A stretch of 64,000 bases of DNA from Lentimicrobiaceae bacterium (GTDB lineage: Bacteria; Bacteroidota; Bacteroidia; Bacteroidales; UBA4417): assembly GCA_041660125.1 (NCBI GenBank), contig JBAZWY010000004.1:165630-229629 (forward strand), given 5' to 3'. Under the pieces are notes generated by a model. It made no database searches. It saw only the letters and a program-made list of their open reading frames with translations, and was not told where the DNA came from. Positions within the stretch are counted from its first letter, which is position 1; every line of letters starts with the position of its first letter. Shown one piece after another: positions 55,133 through 64,000 of this stretch. The translations under genes and the position numbers were made by a program.

Positions 55133-56605
55133 TCAAATCAGATCATTAAGTGTAAACCCGGTTTTTAACAGATTCTCAGGTTTGAGAACATTTCGAAGCT
55201 TATCTTCATCAATCAGGTTTAGTTTTTTATTTGCATCAAACACATCACACCCCGAGGCCTTCATCTCCTTCGACAACAATACTGCCTTTTGATATCCTAT
55301 CAAAGGACTCAAAGCAGTAGTGATTGCCGGACTTTTGAACAGCCGGGCAGCACTAGTACCTGAATCGATAGTAAGGCCTGTTATCAGGTTATCAGCAATT
55401 GTTTTATCGGCTGCAATTAACAGCTTTAAACTTTCGAGTAATGCATGTCCGATTGCTGGAAGATAAGCGTTCAGATCAAGGCAACCCTGTGCGCTTAACG
55501 AACTGATAAGCATATCATTGCTATATATTTTATGCGCCGCGCTGATCACAAATTCAGGGATCACCGGATTTACCTTACCCGGCATTATGGAACTTCCGAC
55601 CTGCCGCTGAGGTATTTTTACATCATGCATTCCGGCAACATCCGAAGCCAGCAAGCGAATATCCGAAACCATTTTTTCGAGGTTTACAGCATGTGCTTTA
55701 AGTATGGCATGCACTTCAACAAACGAATCCAGGTTATTGGTTGCATCCGAAAGATTTTCGCTCCGGGTAACCGGAAGCCCGGTAAGTTTCTGTAAAACAG
55801 GCACAACTTCCATTATAAAAAACTTAGGAACAGCCAAACCCGTTCCGACGGCACTGCCACCAAGATTTACAATTTTAATCCTTTCAAAGCATTTTGAAAC
55901 CCGCCACCAGTCGCGCGATAATGCTTCGCTGTATGTACTCAATAACATGCCATACGACGAAGGCACGGCTTCCTGCATCTGTGTGTAAGCAATACGAAGA
56001 TCATTGCGGTATTTACCTTCGGTTATTTCAATCTGCTGACGTACTATATTTATTGAGGATTCAAGATCGCCAAGCAATAGCATGATGGCTATTTTGAGTG
56101 AAGTTGGAACAACATCATTGGTGGACTGATAAATATTTGCAGCTTCTATAGGATCAATCTGATCATAGGTTCCCGGCACAAGTCCCATTTTTTGGAGCGC
56201 AACATTAGCAATGATCTCATTTACATTCATATTGATACTGGTGCCAGCTCCCCCGCTGATGGCAGGAACAATAAACGAATTAAAATGCAGCCCTTGTGAA
56301 ACATCTGTAGCTGCGCTTTCGAGTGCTTCCAGGACATGTTTGTCTAATAATTTAAAAGGGAGATCTGTTTCAGGTTTTCTATCAGCAACAGCCTTCCCAA
56401 AGCTCTGATATGCCTGGTAACAAGCCAGTTTTACCAATCCCATGGATTTATACCATTCCAGGTGAAAGGGTGTATGATCAGGAAAGTTTTCCTGAGCACG
56501 CAAGGAATGAATACCATATAAATCATTCGCCGGAACCTGCATAGATCCCAGCGAATCATTCTCCGTCCGGTAAGTATTTGATGACATTTGCCTGGTTTTT
56601 TTCAA
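55133..56605 (-). CDS. Aspartate ammonia-lyase/fumarase class II-family lyase
   Basis: 490 aa. Lyase_1 signature GSSIMPGKVNP, AISGGAGTSINMNVNE, TNDV. Substrate not assignable from sequence alone. Confidence 0.85.
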   Translation of the reverse strand: MKKTRQMSSNTYRTENDSLGSMQVPANDLYGIHSLRAQENFPDHTPFHLEWYKSMGLVKLACYQAYQSFGKAVADRKPETDLPFKLLDKHVLEALESAATDVSQGLHFNSFIVPAISGGAGTSINMNVNEIIANVALQKMGLVPGTYDQIDPIEAANIYQSTNDVVPTSLKIAIMLLLGDLESSINIVRQQIEITEGKYRNDLRIAYTQMQEAVPSSYGMLLSTYSEALSRDWWRVSKCFERIKIVNLGGSAVGTGLAVPKFFIMEVVPVLQKLTGLPVTRSENLSDATNNLDSFVEVHAILKAHAVNLEKMVSDIRLLASDVAGMHDVKIPQRQVGSSIMPGKVNPVIPEFVISAAHKIYSNDMLISSLSAQGCLDLNAYLPAIGHALLESLKLLIAADKTIADNLITGLTIDSGTSAARLFKSPAITTALSPLIGYQKAVLLSKEMKASGCDVFDANKKLNLIDEDKLRNVLKPENLLKTGFTLNDLI

Positions 56606-56614
56606 AACCCAAAC

Positions 56615-57328
56615 TTACTGCTTTTTCCGTTTTAAAGCACTATTTTGTCGATTATTCAACGGTTCATACGCCAGCAGGCGCTCATTCAACTGCTTGTTAT
56701 TAGTTACCATTATCGTTAACCTCCCCGAAGGTGCTACTTGAACCGAGATCAGGAAATCCTGGTCAGCGTTTTCAAGGTTATAATTTAAATAACTCACACC
56801 TGGATTATCGGATAAATTATGGTTAACAGGGCTGCCTTTTGCTTTGAAATTTCCGCCTGCAAAAAGCTTTGCATTCGATGCAATTTTAGCAGCCTCCTCC
56901 ATAGCTTTAGTATATTCACCGGCATAAACTAACGTTACTGAATTGAATCCTTCGGACGGATCATCCTCAAAGGTATAGCTTGAAAACACAGGGTCAAGTT
57001 TCATCCCAATGGGCTCATTGATTCCAAGCCGGGTAACCCACCCGGGCATTTTAACTGTGTGTGGAGAATCATATTGAAGCACTGCCTGGCGTTGTATCTG
57101 AATGTGCAGTATCTCTGTCAGGCTATCATAATCGTATTTGGTAATTTTACCTGAAGCCATGTCGTCTTCCAGTTGTTGAAGACGTTTTTCGAAATTAATT
57201 TCAGTTTTCGAAACTGAAGCAGGCGATCCTGCTTTTATTACAATATTTCCGCCTAATCCGACGAAAAAAGCAACAATTAATCCAATAAAAGAAATTATTA
57301 TAGTTTTTTCAATTTTTACCTTCGTCAT
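56615..57328 (-). CDS. Single-pass membrane-anchored hypothetical protein
   Basis: Start moved to ATG at 57328 (MTKVKIEKTIIISFIGLIVAFFVGLGG). Ends 10 nt before the lyase start, so probably co-transcribed. Confidence 0.6.
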   Translation of the reverse strand: MTKVKIEKTIIISFIGLIVAFFVGLGGNIVIKAGSPASVSKTEINFEKRLQQLEDDMASGKITKYDYDSLTEILHIQIQRQAVLQYDSPHTVKMPGWVTRLGINEPIGMKLDPVFSSYTFEDDPSEGFNSVTLVYAGEYTKAMEEAAKIASNAKLFAGGNFKAKGSPVNHNLSDNPGVSYLNYNLENADQDFLISVQVAPSGRLTIMVTNNKQLNERLLAYEPLNNRQNSALKRKKQ

Positions 57329-57611
57329 GCATTGATTTTTAGTTAATACTGAAGACAACAAAATATGTGTCTAAAAAGTTCATTTTATGCGGATGCAAAA
57401 GTAAACAATTATTGTATAACAGCAACATAACGTTTATAGTTGTGATTAAACAATAAGTCAAACTACTATTAATAAATGTGTGATTTCATATATTTTTGAA
57501 CATAATTGTATGTTTTTCAGTTATTACAGACGTTATTGCGAATTTGATTTTCTCTAATTTAGTGCCAATAAATTCCCTGTTAAAGTTCGTTAAATTTAAA
57601 AAGGAGCACTT

Positions 57612-58628
57612 ATGAAATACAGATATTTAGGCAATTCAGGACTTAAAGTTTCAGAAATATGCCTGGGAGTGATGACCTTTGGTGGTGATTCGGCTCAAAA
57701 CGAACTGGCAACTGTAGCTCAGAAAGAGGCAGATCTTATAACCTCCACTGCCATTGATCTGGGGGTAAATTTCTTTGATACTGCCGATGTGTATTCAGGG
57801 GGTGTTTCCGAGTCTGTCCTGGGCAAAGCTCTTGGCAATACCAGGAAAGATGTTGTGGTTTCAACAAAAGTTCGCTTTGCCATGAGCAATAAACCTAATG
57901 ACACTGGTCTCTCCCGGTCGCATATTATTAAAAGTTGTGAAAACAGCCTGCGCCGCCTGGGCACTGATTATATCGACTTGTACCAGATTCACAGCTATGA
58001 CCCGGGAACACCCATGGAAGAAACATTGCGCGCACTTGACCATCTGGTAAAAAGCGGTAAAGTACGCTATATTGGATGTTCCAACCTTACAGCCTGGCAA
58101 ACTATGAAAGCACTTGCCATTTCAGAAAAGCTGAACCTGGAAAAATTCATTACAACTCAACTCTATTATTCGATAGGATCCCGGGATATAGAACAGGAAC
58201 TGGTTCCGCTTTGTATAGATCAGCAATTGGGAATTCTTTGCTGGAGCCCACTTTCAGGAGGATTTTTCACAGGTAAATTCAGGATAAATTCAACACTTCC
58301 TGCTGATTCCCGTCGCAGCAACCGACAATCCTCAAGCCTTAAATATTGGCCAGTTGACGAAGAAAAGGGATTTGAAATCGTTGAACAACTCGAACGAATC
58401 GGTAATAATTACGATAAAACTATTGCTCAAACTGCGCTAAACTGGTTATTACGCCGTTCAAATGTTGCAAGCGTCATTATTGGCGCCCGAAACATTCAGC
58501 AACTTACTGAAAATATTGGAGCCACTGATTGGCAGCTTGTTTCTGATGATGTTGAATTTCTGGATACTATAAGCAAGCCGGCAATTCTTTATCCCAAATG
58601 GCATCAAATGTATTCAGATGAAAGGTAA
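57612..58628 (+). CDS. Aldo/keto reductase
   Basis: 338 aa. GLKVSEICLGVMTFG, FFDTADVYSGG, IDLYQIH, RYIGCSN. Confidence 0.92.
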   Translation: MKYRYLGNSGLKVSEICLGVMTFGGDSAQNELATVAQKEADLITSTAIDLGVNFFDTADVYSGGVSESVLGKALGNTRKDVVVSTKVRFAMSNKPNDTGLSRSHIIKSCENSLRRLGTDYIDLYQIHSYDPGTPMEETLRALDHLVKSGKVRYIGCSNLTAWQTMKALAISEKLNLEKFITTQLYYSIGSRDIEQELVPLCIDQQLGILCWSPLSGGFFTGKFRINSTLPADSRRSNRQSSSLKYWPVDEEKGFEIVEQLERIGNNYDKTIAQTALNWLLRRSNVASVIIGARNIQQLTENIGATDWQLVSDDVEFLDTISKPAILYPKWHQMYSDER

Positions 58629-58848
58629 ATTAACTTATTTATTTTAAACATCAGAACTTTTCTCGCTGGAAATCACAATCATTCATCTGCGAAATTTCAA
58701 CATTTCAACTTCTCTTCACATAGAGTCATAAGCATATTGATTTTTTTTTTTAATATAAGGATTTGCAATCCCCATTTTTATATAAATATAAGGAATATAA
58801 ACTACTATATTTATTTAAATATAAATACTATAATTCCCTATAATGTTA

Positions 58849-58856
58849 TAGCTTTG
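58849..58856 (+). promoter_or_regulatory. -7 promoter box TAGCTTTG
   Basis: TAnnTTTG match 21 nt upstream of the ATPase ATG, inside a very AT-rich spacer. Confidence 0.45.
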
Positions 58857-58876
58857 TGCTATAAAAAAAAGACACG

Positions 58877-60046
58877 ATGTATTTACCGAGAGCATATGAC
58901 AATCTGGATAGTCTCTGGAAACAAGGGAAAGCACTGATTGTGTCGGGTCCCCGACGTATAGGCAAAACAACCCTGGTAAAACAATACCTTAGTCAATCAA
59001 AGCTACGGTGTCGTTTCGATACAGGTGATGACTTCCGTACACGGCAGGTTTTCGAATCGCAGGATTTGCAACTTATACGCGATTATGTTAGCGGAATAGA
59101 TATCCTAGTTGTTGACGAAGCGCAACGGATTAAAGATGTTGGCTATGGAATTAAACTAATAACAGATCATATTCCTGATCTGAAAGTGCTTTTAACAGGT
59201 TCAGCTTCCTTTGCACTTGCCGGTCAGGTAGGCGAACCACTTACCGGACGCAAGACCACGCTAAACATGTTTCCTGTTTCGATACTTGAACTTTCGGACG
59301 TTTATTCACAACACGATCTGCAGCTAAGGCTACATGAATTCCTAATCTATGGCATGTATCCTGAAATTCTTATAACAGATAACAAAGCCGAAAAAATAGC
59401 GATACTGAAAGAAATAACCGGTTCCTATCTACTCAAAGACATCCTTGAAATGGATAAGATAAAGAGCCATAAAACAGTTGTTAACCTTCTGAAAATGCTT
59501 GCCTTACAGGTTGGAAACGAAGTATCTTTCTCTGAAATAGGCCGGCAATTGCAGATTGATAATAAAACAGTTGCCCGCTACATCGATCTTTTCGAAAAAT
59601 CCTTCATTATTTATTCCTTGTCAGCTTTCAACCGTAACTTACGGAATGAATTATCAGGGAAAAACAAGTATTATTTTTATGATAATGGTATCCGGAATGC
59701 ATTGATTTCCAATTTCAATTCATCTGATATGCGAAACGACACCGGAGGATTATGGGAAAACTTTATGGTGCTTGAACGCATAAAAAGGAATGCTTACAAA
59801 GGATACAGCCCAAATTTGTATTTCTGGAGAACCTATGACCAAAAAGAGATTGATATGATCGAAGAACGGGATGGAGGACTTTTCGGATATGAATTTAAAT
59901 GGGGTAAAAAAATGCCCAAACCTCCGAAACTTTGGACTGAAACTTATAACGAAGCATCTTACACGATTTATAATCCGGATAACTACCTGAATTTCGTTGT
60001 GGAAGAATCAAATCCTCCATATTGCCCGCCTCCGGTCAAAGAATAA
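58877..60046 (+). CDS. AAA+ ATPase with C-terminal DUF4143-like (PD-(D/E)XK-like) domain (COG1373 type)
   Basis: 389 aa. Walker A SGPRRIGKTT, Walker B ILVVDEAQ. C-terminal part YFYDNGIRN...FENFMV...YFWRT...EIDMI typical of this family. Confidence 0.85.
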   Translation: MYLPRAYDNLDSLWKQGKALIVSGPRRIGKTTLVKQYLSQSKLRCRFDTGDDFRTRQVFESQDLQLIRDYVSGIDILVVDEAQRIKDVGYGIKLITDHIPDLKVLLTGSASFALAGQVGEPLTGRKTTLNMFPVSILELSDVYSQHDLQLRLHEFLIYGMYPEILITDNKAEKIAILKEITGSYLLKDILEMDKIKSHKTVVNLLKMLALQVGNEVSFSEIGRQLQIDNKTVARYIDLFEKSFIIYSLSAFNRNLRNELSGKNKYYFYDNGIRNALISNFNSSDMRNDTGGLWENFMVLERIKRNAYKGYSPNLYFWRTYDQKEIDMIEERDGGLFGYEFKWGKKMPKPPKLWTETYNEASYTIYNPDNYLNFVVEESNPPYCPPPVKE

Positions 60047-60160
60047 TCCGAAGATATGGAAGGCTGTCCCAAATTCACAAAAACGGTTATAAATTTACTT
60101 CAGGTATATTTTATACCCCGATTCAACTTTTCGGACAGCCTTTTATATTTTGTTTGAAAA

Positions 60161-61855
60161 TTATGAAATCTTCGAATTTACAATTACAAGGATTTCCGAC
60201 TCCAGTGCCATTGTTCTTTCCTGTATCACGTTTCCCTCAGTGAGTACTTTTTCAACGAAAGTTTTGTCGTGCAAGCCCGAAGCATTTATTTTCACATTCA
60301 GAAAAGCTCCCATTACAGCAGAACGGGCAGCCAATGCACCGACGCCTGCATCGGTTACGGAATTGGGATTCCCTGTTTCAACCATTGCTCTTATTATTTC
60401 CATGGAGTCGAATGAGCGTTGCATCACCCTGAAAGGCACTTCAATAGCAAAACGCGTCGCGTCCTGAATGGCAGCGGTTCGGGTAGCTTTTTCAACATCA
60501 TTGCCTTTGGGCAAACCAAATGCATCCATAATAAGATTGAAGGCACGCGTATCTTCATCAACAAGCATTAGTAATTCATCTTTCAACGCCTGGCCTTTTT
60601 CGGCCCAAAGACTAAATTCCTCCCAGCGGTCATCCCAGCCCGGTTTGTGCGACGAAAGATTGGCAACCATTGTCGCCAGTGAAATGCCCAGCGCCCCCAT
60701 TGCCGCTGAAATGGAACCTCCGCCCGGAGCCGGCGATTCCGAAGCAGTTTCATTTGCAAAATCTTCAACGGTCATACGTACCAGCCTTTTATCATCATCG
60801 CTTGCCAACAGGTATTCAATAATCTTTTCTTTTGGATTGAAGGGTTTCAAATCATCAAGACCAAGAGATTTTACTGCTATCTTTATCAGTTCTGCTTCCG
60901 AAACTCCAATTGATCGCTGTTGCCTGCGTAAAAAATATTTTCCTGCATCTGTCATTGCTTTTAGCGGTATCAATCCAACCAGTTCCGAACCGGTTACACG
61001 CATTCCACGCTCCTGGGCTTTCAGGCAGGCTTCTTCAAAAGCAATATGAACAGGAGTAATACTTATATTAGTCAAGTTTATAGAGACCTGAGCAATACCG
61101 TACTCTTCAATAAACCACCCAATGGCTTTGCAAGCTTTAAGTGTTCCTGGTGTCCATATTTCTTTTCCGTTTCCGTCCTTTTTGATTTTTCCGGTAACCA
61201 GATTGCCTTCACGGACAGGACGACCTTTTTCACGTATATCAAAAGCAATCGCATTTGCCCTGCGAACTGAAGTGGTATTAAGATTTACATTATATGCGAC
61301 CAGGAAATCGCGGGCACCAACAGCTATTGCACCAGAAAGAGCAATTTTCTCGTTAAATTCTGCCGGCCCGAAATCGGGTTTCCAATGTGGATCAACAAGT
61401 TTTTTAGGCAAACCTTCATATTCCCCCGACCTGTTGTTAGCCAGGTTGCGGCGTTCGTCAGTAAAAGCAGCATTTTCGTAACAATAAACCGGAATTCCCA
61501 ACTCTCTACCGATCCGATCAGCCAATGTGCGGGCATATACGACAACTTCCTCCATAGTTATTCCGGCAATTGGAATTAGTGGACAAACATCTGTAGCTCC
61601 AAAACGGGGATGTTCGCCTTTGTGTGTGCGCATATCAATAATTTCGGAAGCTTTTTTGACTGCCTGAAAAGCAGCTTCTATCACTTCGTCTGGTGCTCCA
61701 ACAAAAGTTACTACAGTGCGGTTAGTGGCCTTACCCGGATCTACATCAAGCAGGCGGACACCTTCCACTGCTTCGATACAATCGGTGATCTGTTTGATAA
61801 TAGCCATGTTGCCACCTTCACTGAAATTTGGAACACACTCAATTAATTGCTTCAT
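60161..61855 (-). CDS. ftcD: Bifunctional glutamate formimidoyltransferase / formimidoyltetrahydrofolate cyclodeaminase
   Basis: 564 aa. N-terminus LIECVPNFSEG, transferase domains, then the cyclodeaminase helical domain (SESPAPGGGSISA). Confidence 0.9.
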   Translation of the reverse strand: MKQLIECVPNFSEGGNMAIIKQITDCIEAVEGVRLLDVDPGKATNRTVVTFVGAPDEVIEAAFQAVKKASEIIDMRTHKGEHPRFGATDVCPLIPIAGITMEEVVVYARTLADRIGRELGIPVYCYENAAFTDERRNLANNRSGEYEGLPKKLVDPHWKPDFGPAEFNEKIALSGAIAVGARDFLVAYNVNLNTTSVRRANAIAFDIREKGRPVREGNLVTGKIKKDGNGKEIWTPGTLKACKAIGWFIEEYGIAQVSINLTNISITPVHIAFEEACLKAQERGMRVTGSELVGLIPLKAMTDAGKYFLRRQQRSIGVSEAELIKIAVKSLGLDDLKPFNPKEKIIEYLLASDDDKRLVRMTVEDFANETASESPAPGGGSISAAMGALGISLATMVANLSSHKPGWDDRWEEFSLWAEKGQALKDELLMLVDEDTRAFNLIMDAFGLPKGNDVEKATRTAAIQDATRFAIEVPFRVMQRSFDSMEIIRAMVETGNPNSVTDAGVGALAARSAVMGAFLNVKINASGLHDKTFVEKVLTEGNVIQERTMALESEILVIVNSKIS

Positions 61856-62041
61856 ATATTTTTGTTTTTCAATGTTTTAGCAGAATATTACACATGTAAA
61901 GTTGCGCAAAATTAATAAATTACTGATGAAGGGACTCATTTGAAGAATATTAAATCTCCATTTGCAAATGAATGATAGATCCTGCCAAATTGGAACACGA
62001 TAGTGAAATTTCTAAAAGCTTTCTCAGATGATGAAATATGT

Positions 62042-62049
62042 TAATTTTG
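62042..62049 (+). promoter_or_regulatory. -7 promoter box TAATTTTG upstream of cutC
   Basis: TAnnTTTG match 20 nt upstream of the cutC ATG. Confidence 0.45.
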
Positions 62050-62068
62050 ATGTTCAAAATCGTTCGGT

Positions 62069-62803
62069 ATGATCATTGAAATTGCAGCATTTAACCTTGA
62101 ATCAGCTATAATGGCTTATAATGCAGGCGCTCATCGCATTGAACTTTGCTCAGCGCCTGCCGAAGGCGGTATTACACCTTCGGCTGCCACTATGCGATTA
62201 GCAAGGAAGTACGTTAAAATACCGATATACGTTATGATCCGCCCGCGCGAAGGGGATTTTTGTTACTCTGAAAGAGAATTTGAGACTATGTTGCTGGATA
62301 TAGCTGCGGCTAAAATTGTCGGGATGGAAGGTGTTGTTGCTGGTATTCTTAATCCTGACGGTTCGGTGGACGAAAAACGAACATCCATCCTGGTTGATAC
62401 CGCGGCTCCTATGAATGTTACTTTTCACCGGGCTTTTGATATGACTAAAGATCAGGATGAAGCAATGGAAACTATTATTTATACAGGATGTGCAAGAATA
62501 CTGACTTCAGGCGGACAACCAACGGCTTACCAGGGAATTGAGAAACTGGCTCATTTGGTTAAAAAAGCTGGAGACCGGATTTCAATTATGCCAGGAAGCG
62601 GCGTAAACATTAACAATGTAAAACAAATTGCTGAATTGACTGGTGCCAAGGAATTACATCTATCTGCACGTTCCACTATCCCCGGCAAAATGCACTTTAA
62701 ACATCCTTTAGTAACAATGAGCAGTTCTATTGCTGTTGCCGATTATGAGTTGCAAGTTCCTGATGAAAAAAGAATACGGGCAATACTGGAAATGTTTGTT
62801 TGA
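62069..62803 (+). CDS. cutC: Copper homeostasis protein CutC
   Basis: 244 aa. IEIAAFNLESAIMAYNAGAHRIELCS, TFHRAFD, RILTSGG. Confidence 0.92.
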   Translation: MIIEIAAFNLESAIMAYNAGAHRIELCSAPAEGGITPSAATMRLARKYVKIPIYVMIRPREGDFCYSEREFETMLLDIAAAKIVGMEGVVAGILNPDGSVDEKRTSILVDTAAPMNVTFHRAFDMTKDQDEAMETIIYTGCARILTSGGQPTAYQGIEKLAHLVKKAGDRISIMPGSGVNINNVKQIAELTGAKELHLSARSTIPGKMHFKHPLVTMSSSIAVADYELQVPDEKRIRAILEMFV

Positions 62804-62965
62804 TGTCACTTTGCAAAACTTCCCACTACTTTTCCTGATCTTGAAACGTAATTCACCTTGAGAATGAAACAATTCCTAAAGATTCTTTGATTCAAAAATC
62901 AAAGGTTTGCACCTTACCACTGAACTTTAAACCTTCGATACAGTTTATCTTTTCTATAAATCCAT

Positions 62966-63919
62966 ATGAATATGCTCCTTTCCGTTTTTTTTATTCTGTT
63001 ATCTGTCGTTTTATTTTATTCAGGTACTTCCTTGCTTGTTAAAGGCAGTTCGTCGCTGGCTCTAAAAACCGGGATTTCAGCACGGGTTTCCGGATTAACC
63101 GTAGTAGCTCTGGGAACTGCCTCCCCGGTATTATTTGTGAGTATGAATGCAGCCTTATTTGGTCATGGAAATATTGCCATAGCAAATGTTATCGGAAGCA
63201 ACATTTTCAATATCTGTATTATACTTGGCATTTCAGCTATAATTGCTCCATTAAGGCCTAAAATGAATTTGCTGAAAATCGGCATTCCTGTCCTCGCACT
63301 TGTTACTTTAGGGTTTATGCTTTTATTTGCCGACAGGCAAATCAGCCGTTTCGAAGGTGGTATTTTACTCGCAGGAACGGCACTCTATACTTCTCTAAAT
63401 ATCATACTTTCACATCGCGAAAAAAGCAATGAGGGAATAGACAAGTATAACCAGTCCTTAACGATCAGTAAAATGAAATGGTATTGGCAGGTGGGAATGA
63501 TTGTGCTTGGAATAGGTTTCCTGGTGGCAGGATCGGAAATACTACTAAGAGGAACTGTAACTATTGCCCGCTTGTCAGGAGCTGGTGAAACAATTATTGG
63601 TTTAACAATTGTTGCCGCCGCCACCAGTTTTCCATTATTGGTGTCAACCATTGTTACTGCCCGAAAAAAAGAATACAATATAGCCATTGGAAATGTGATC
63701 GGATCCAATATTATCAATATTCTGGGAATTATTGGAATTTCAAGTGCACTGAATCCACTTTCGGCGATAGCTATAAGCAATATTGATCTTTATGTAATGT
63801 TGGGAGTAACATTTCTGCTTCTGCCATTCTTCAGGACGAAATATACAATGAAACGCGACGATGGAATTTTTATGATCGGGTTATACCTTATATTCATCTA
63901 TTACCTGTGGCCGAAATGA
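62966..63919 (+). CDS. Ca2+/Na+ antiporter (CaCA family, YrbG-like)
   Basis: 317 aa, about 10 TM. Duplicated alpha-repeat motifs GTASPVLFVS and GSNIFNI / GSNIINI. Confidence 0.88.
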   Translation: MNMLLSVFFILLSVVLFYSGTSLLVKGSSSLALKTGISARVSGLTVVALGTASPVLFVSMNAALFGHGNIAIANVIGSNIFNICIILGISAIIAPLRPKMNLLKIGIPVLALVTLGFMLLFADRQISRFEGGILLAGTALYTSLNIILSHREKSNEGIDKYNQSLTISKMKWYWQVGMIVLGIGFLVAGSEILLRGTVTIARLSGAGETIIGLTIVAAATSFPLLVSTIVTARKKEYNIAIGNVIGSNIINILGIIGISSALNPLSAIAISNIDLYVMLGVTFLLLPFFRTKYTMKRDDGIFMIGLYLIFIYYLWPK

Positions 63920-64000
63920 AAAAGTGAACTGCTAATAGTTATTGGTCCAATGGCTGTAGGTTTAACCTGCCTAGGTTAGAAAGTGTTGAACTCTTCCGGC

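Noticed and set aside
60150-61579. ORFs of 64-193 aa on the + strand opposite ftcD (60150-60467, 60468-61049, 61046-61270, 61122-61481, 61385-61579)
   Set aside because: They lie entirely antisense to a 564-aa gene with clear family motifs, and their products are Ser/Ala/Pro-rich and low in complexity.

Overview
This window is a chromosomal segment of a Bacteroidota genome. The evidence is an LpxC-FabZ fusion gene, a PorX-type response regulator, a T9SS C-terminal sorting domain and TAnnTTTG -7 promoter boxes; HydF suggests an anaerobe. Most of it is housekeeping: tRNA-Glu/rpsT/radC, wecB, a TonB-dependent receptor with DUF4249, ald/tsaE/porX, and the lipid-A block HD-lpxD-lpxC/fabZ-lpxA-ABC...efp-lpxD2. 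It also holds a surface-polysaccharide locus (O-antigen-ligase-like, two Wzz, Wzx, three glycosyltransferases, murB), ftsE, a hydF/lyase operon, an aldo-keto reductase, FTCD, cutC and a CaCA antiporter. Two accessory insertions stand out. (1) At 24.5-28.6 kb the 3' end of the ABC-ATPase gene occurs three times as a direct repeat. The copies bracket two integrase-less cassettes: one with a truncated HUH/Y1 transposase, REP-like hairpins, a lipoprotein and a Cys/Thr-rich secreted protein, and one with a ParE-type toxin-antitoxin pair. (2) At 34.1-45.3 kb an island splits the polysaccharide locus. It carries a 2081-aa Sec-signal SpvB/FG-GAP/RHS cocoon toxin with a glycine-zipper tip, a membrane immunity candidate, and an orphan Rhs tip with its own immunity gene. 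That orphan cassette is bracketed by two near-identical ~600-bp GxxExxY (PD-(D/E)XK-like) modules, and a tiny protein with one YD repeat plus a T9SS sorting domain sits upstream of the Rhs gene. Intergenic DNA is rich in repeat families: 7-8-nt tandem arrays (one G-quadruplex-competent), an ATCCRAC heptamer family at several loci, a 21-bp x6 array, a REPIN-like hairpin doublet, GC-rich mini-elements, and a 155-bp MITE-like element with perfect TIRs and a 10-bp target duplication. No CRISPR array, rRNA or integrase was found. All function calls come from motif recognition by eye, not database searches.
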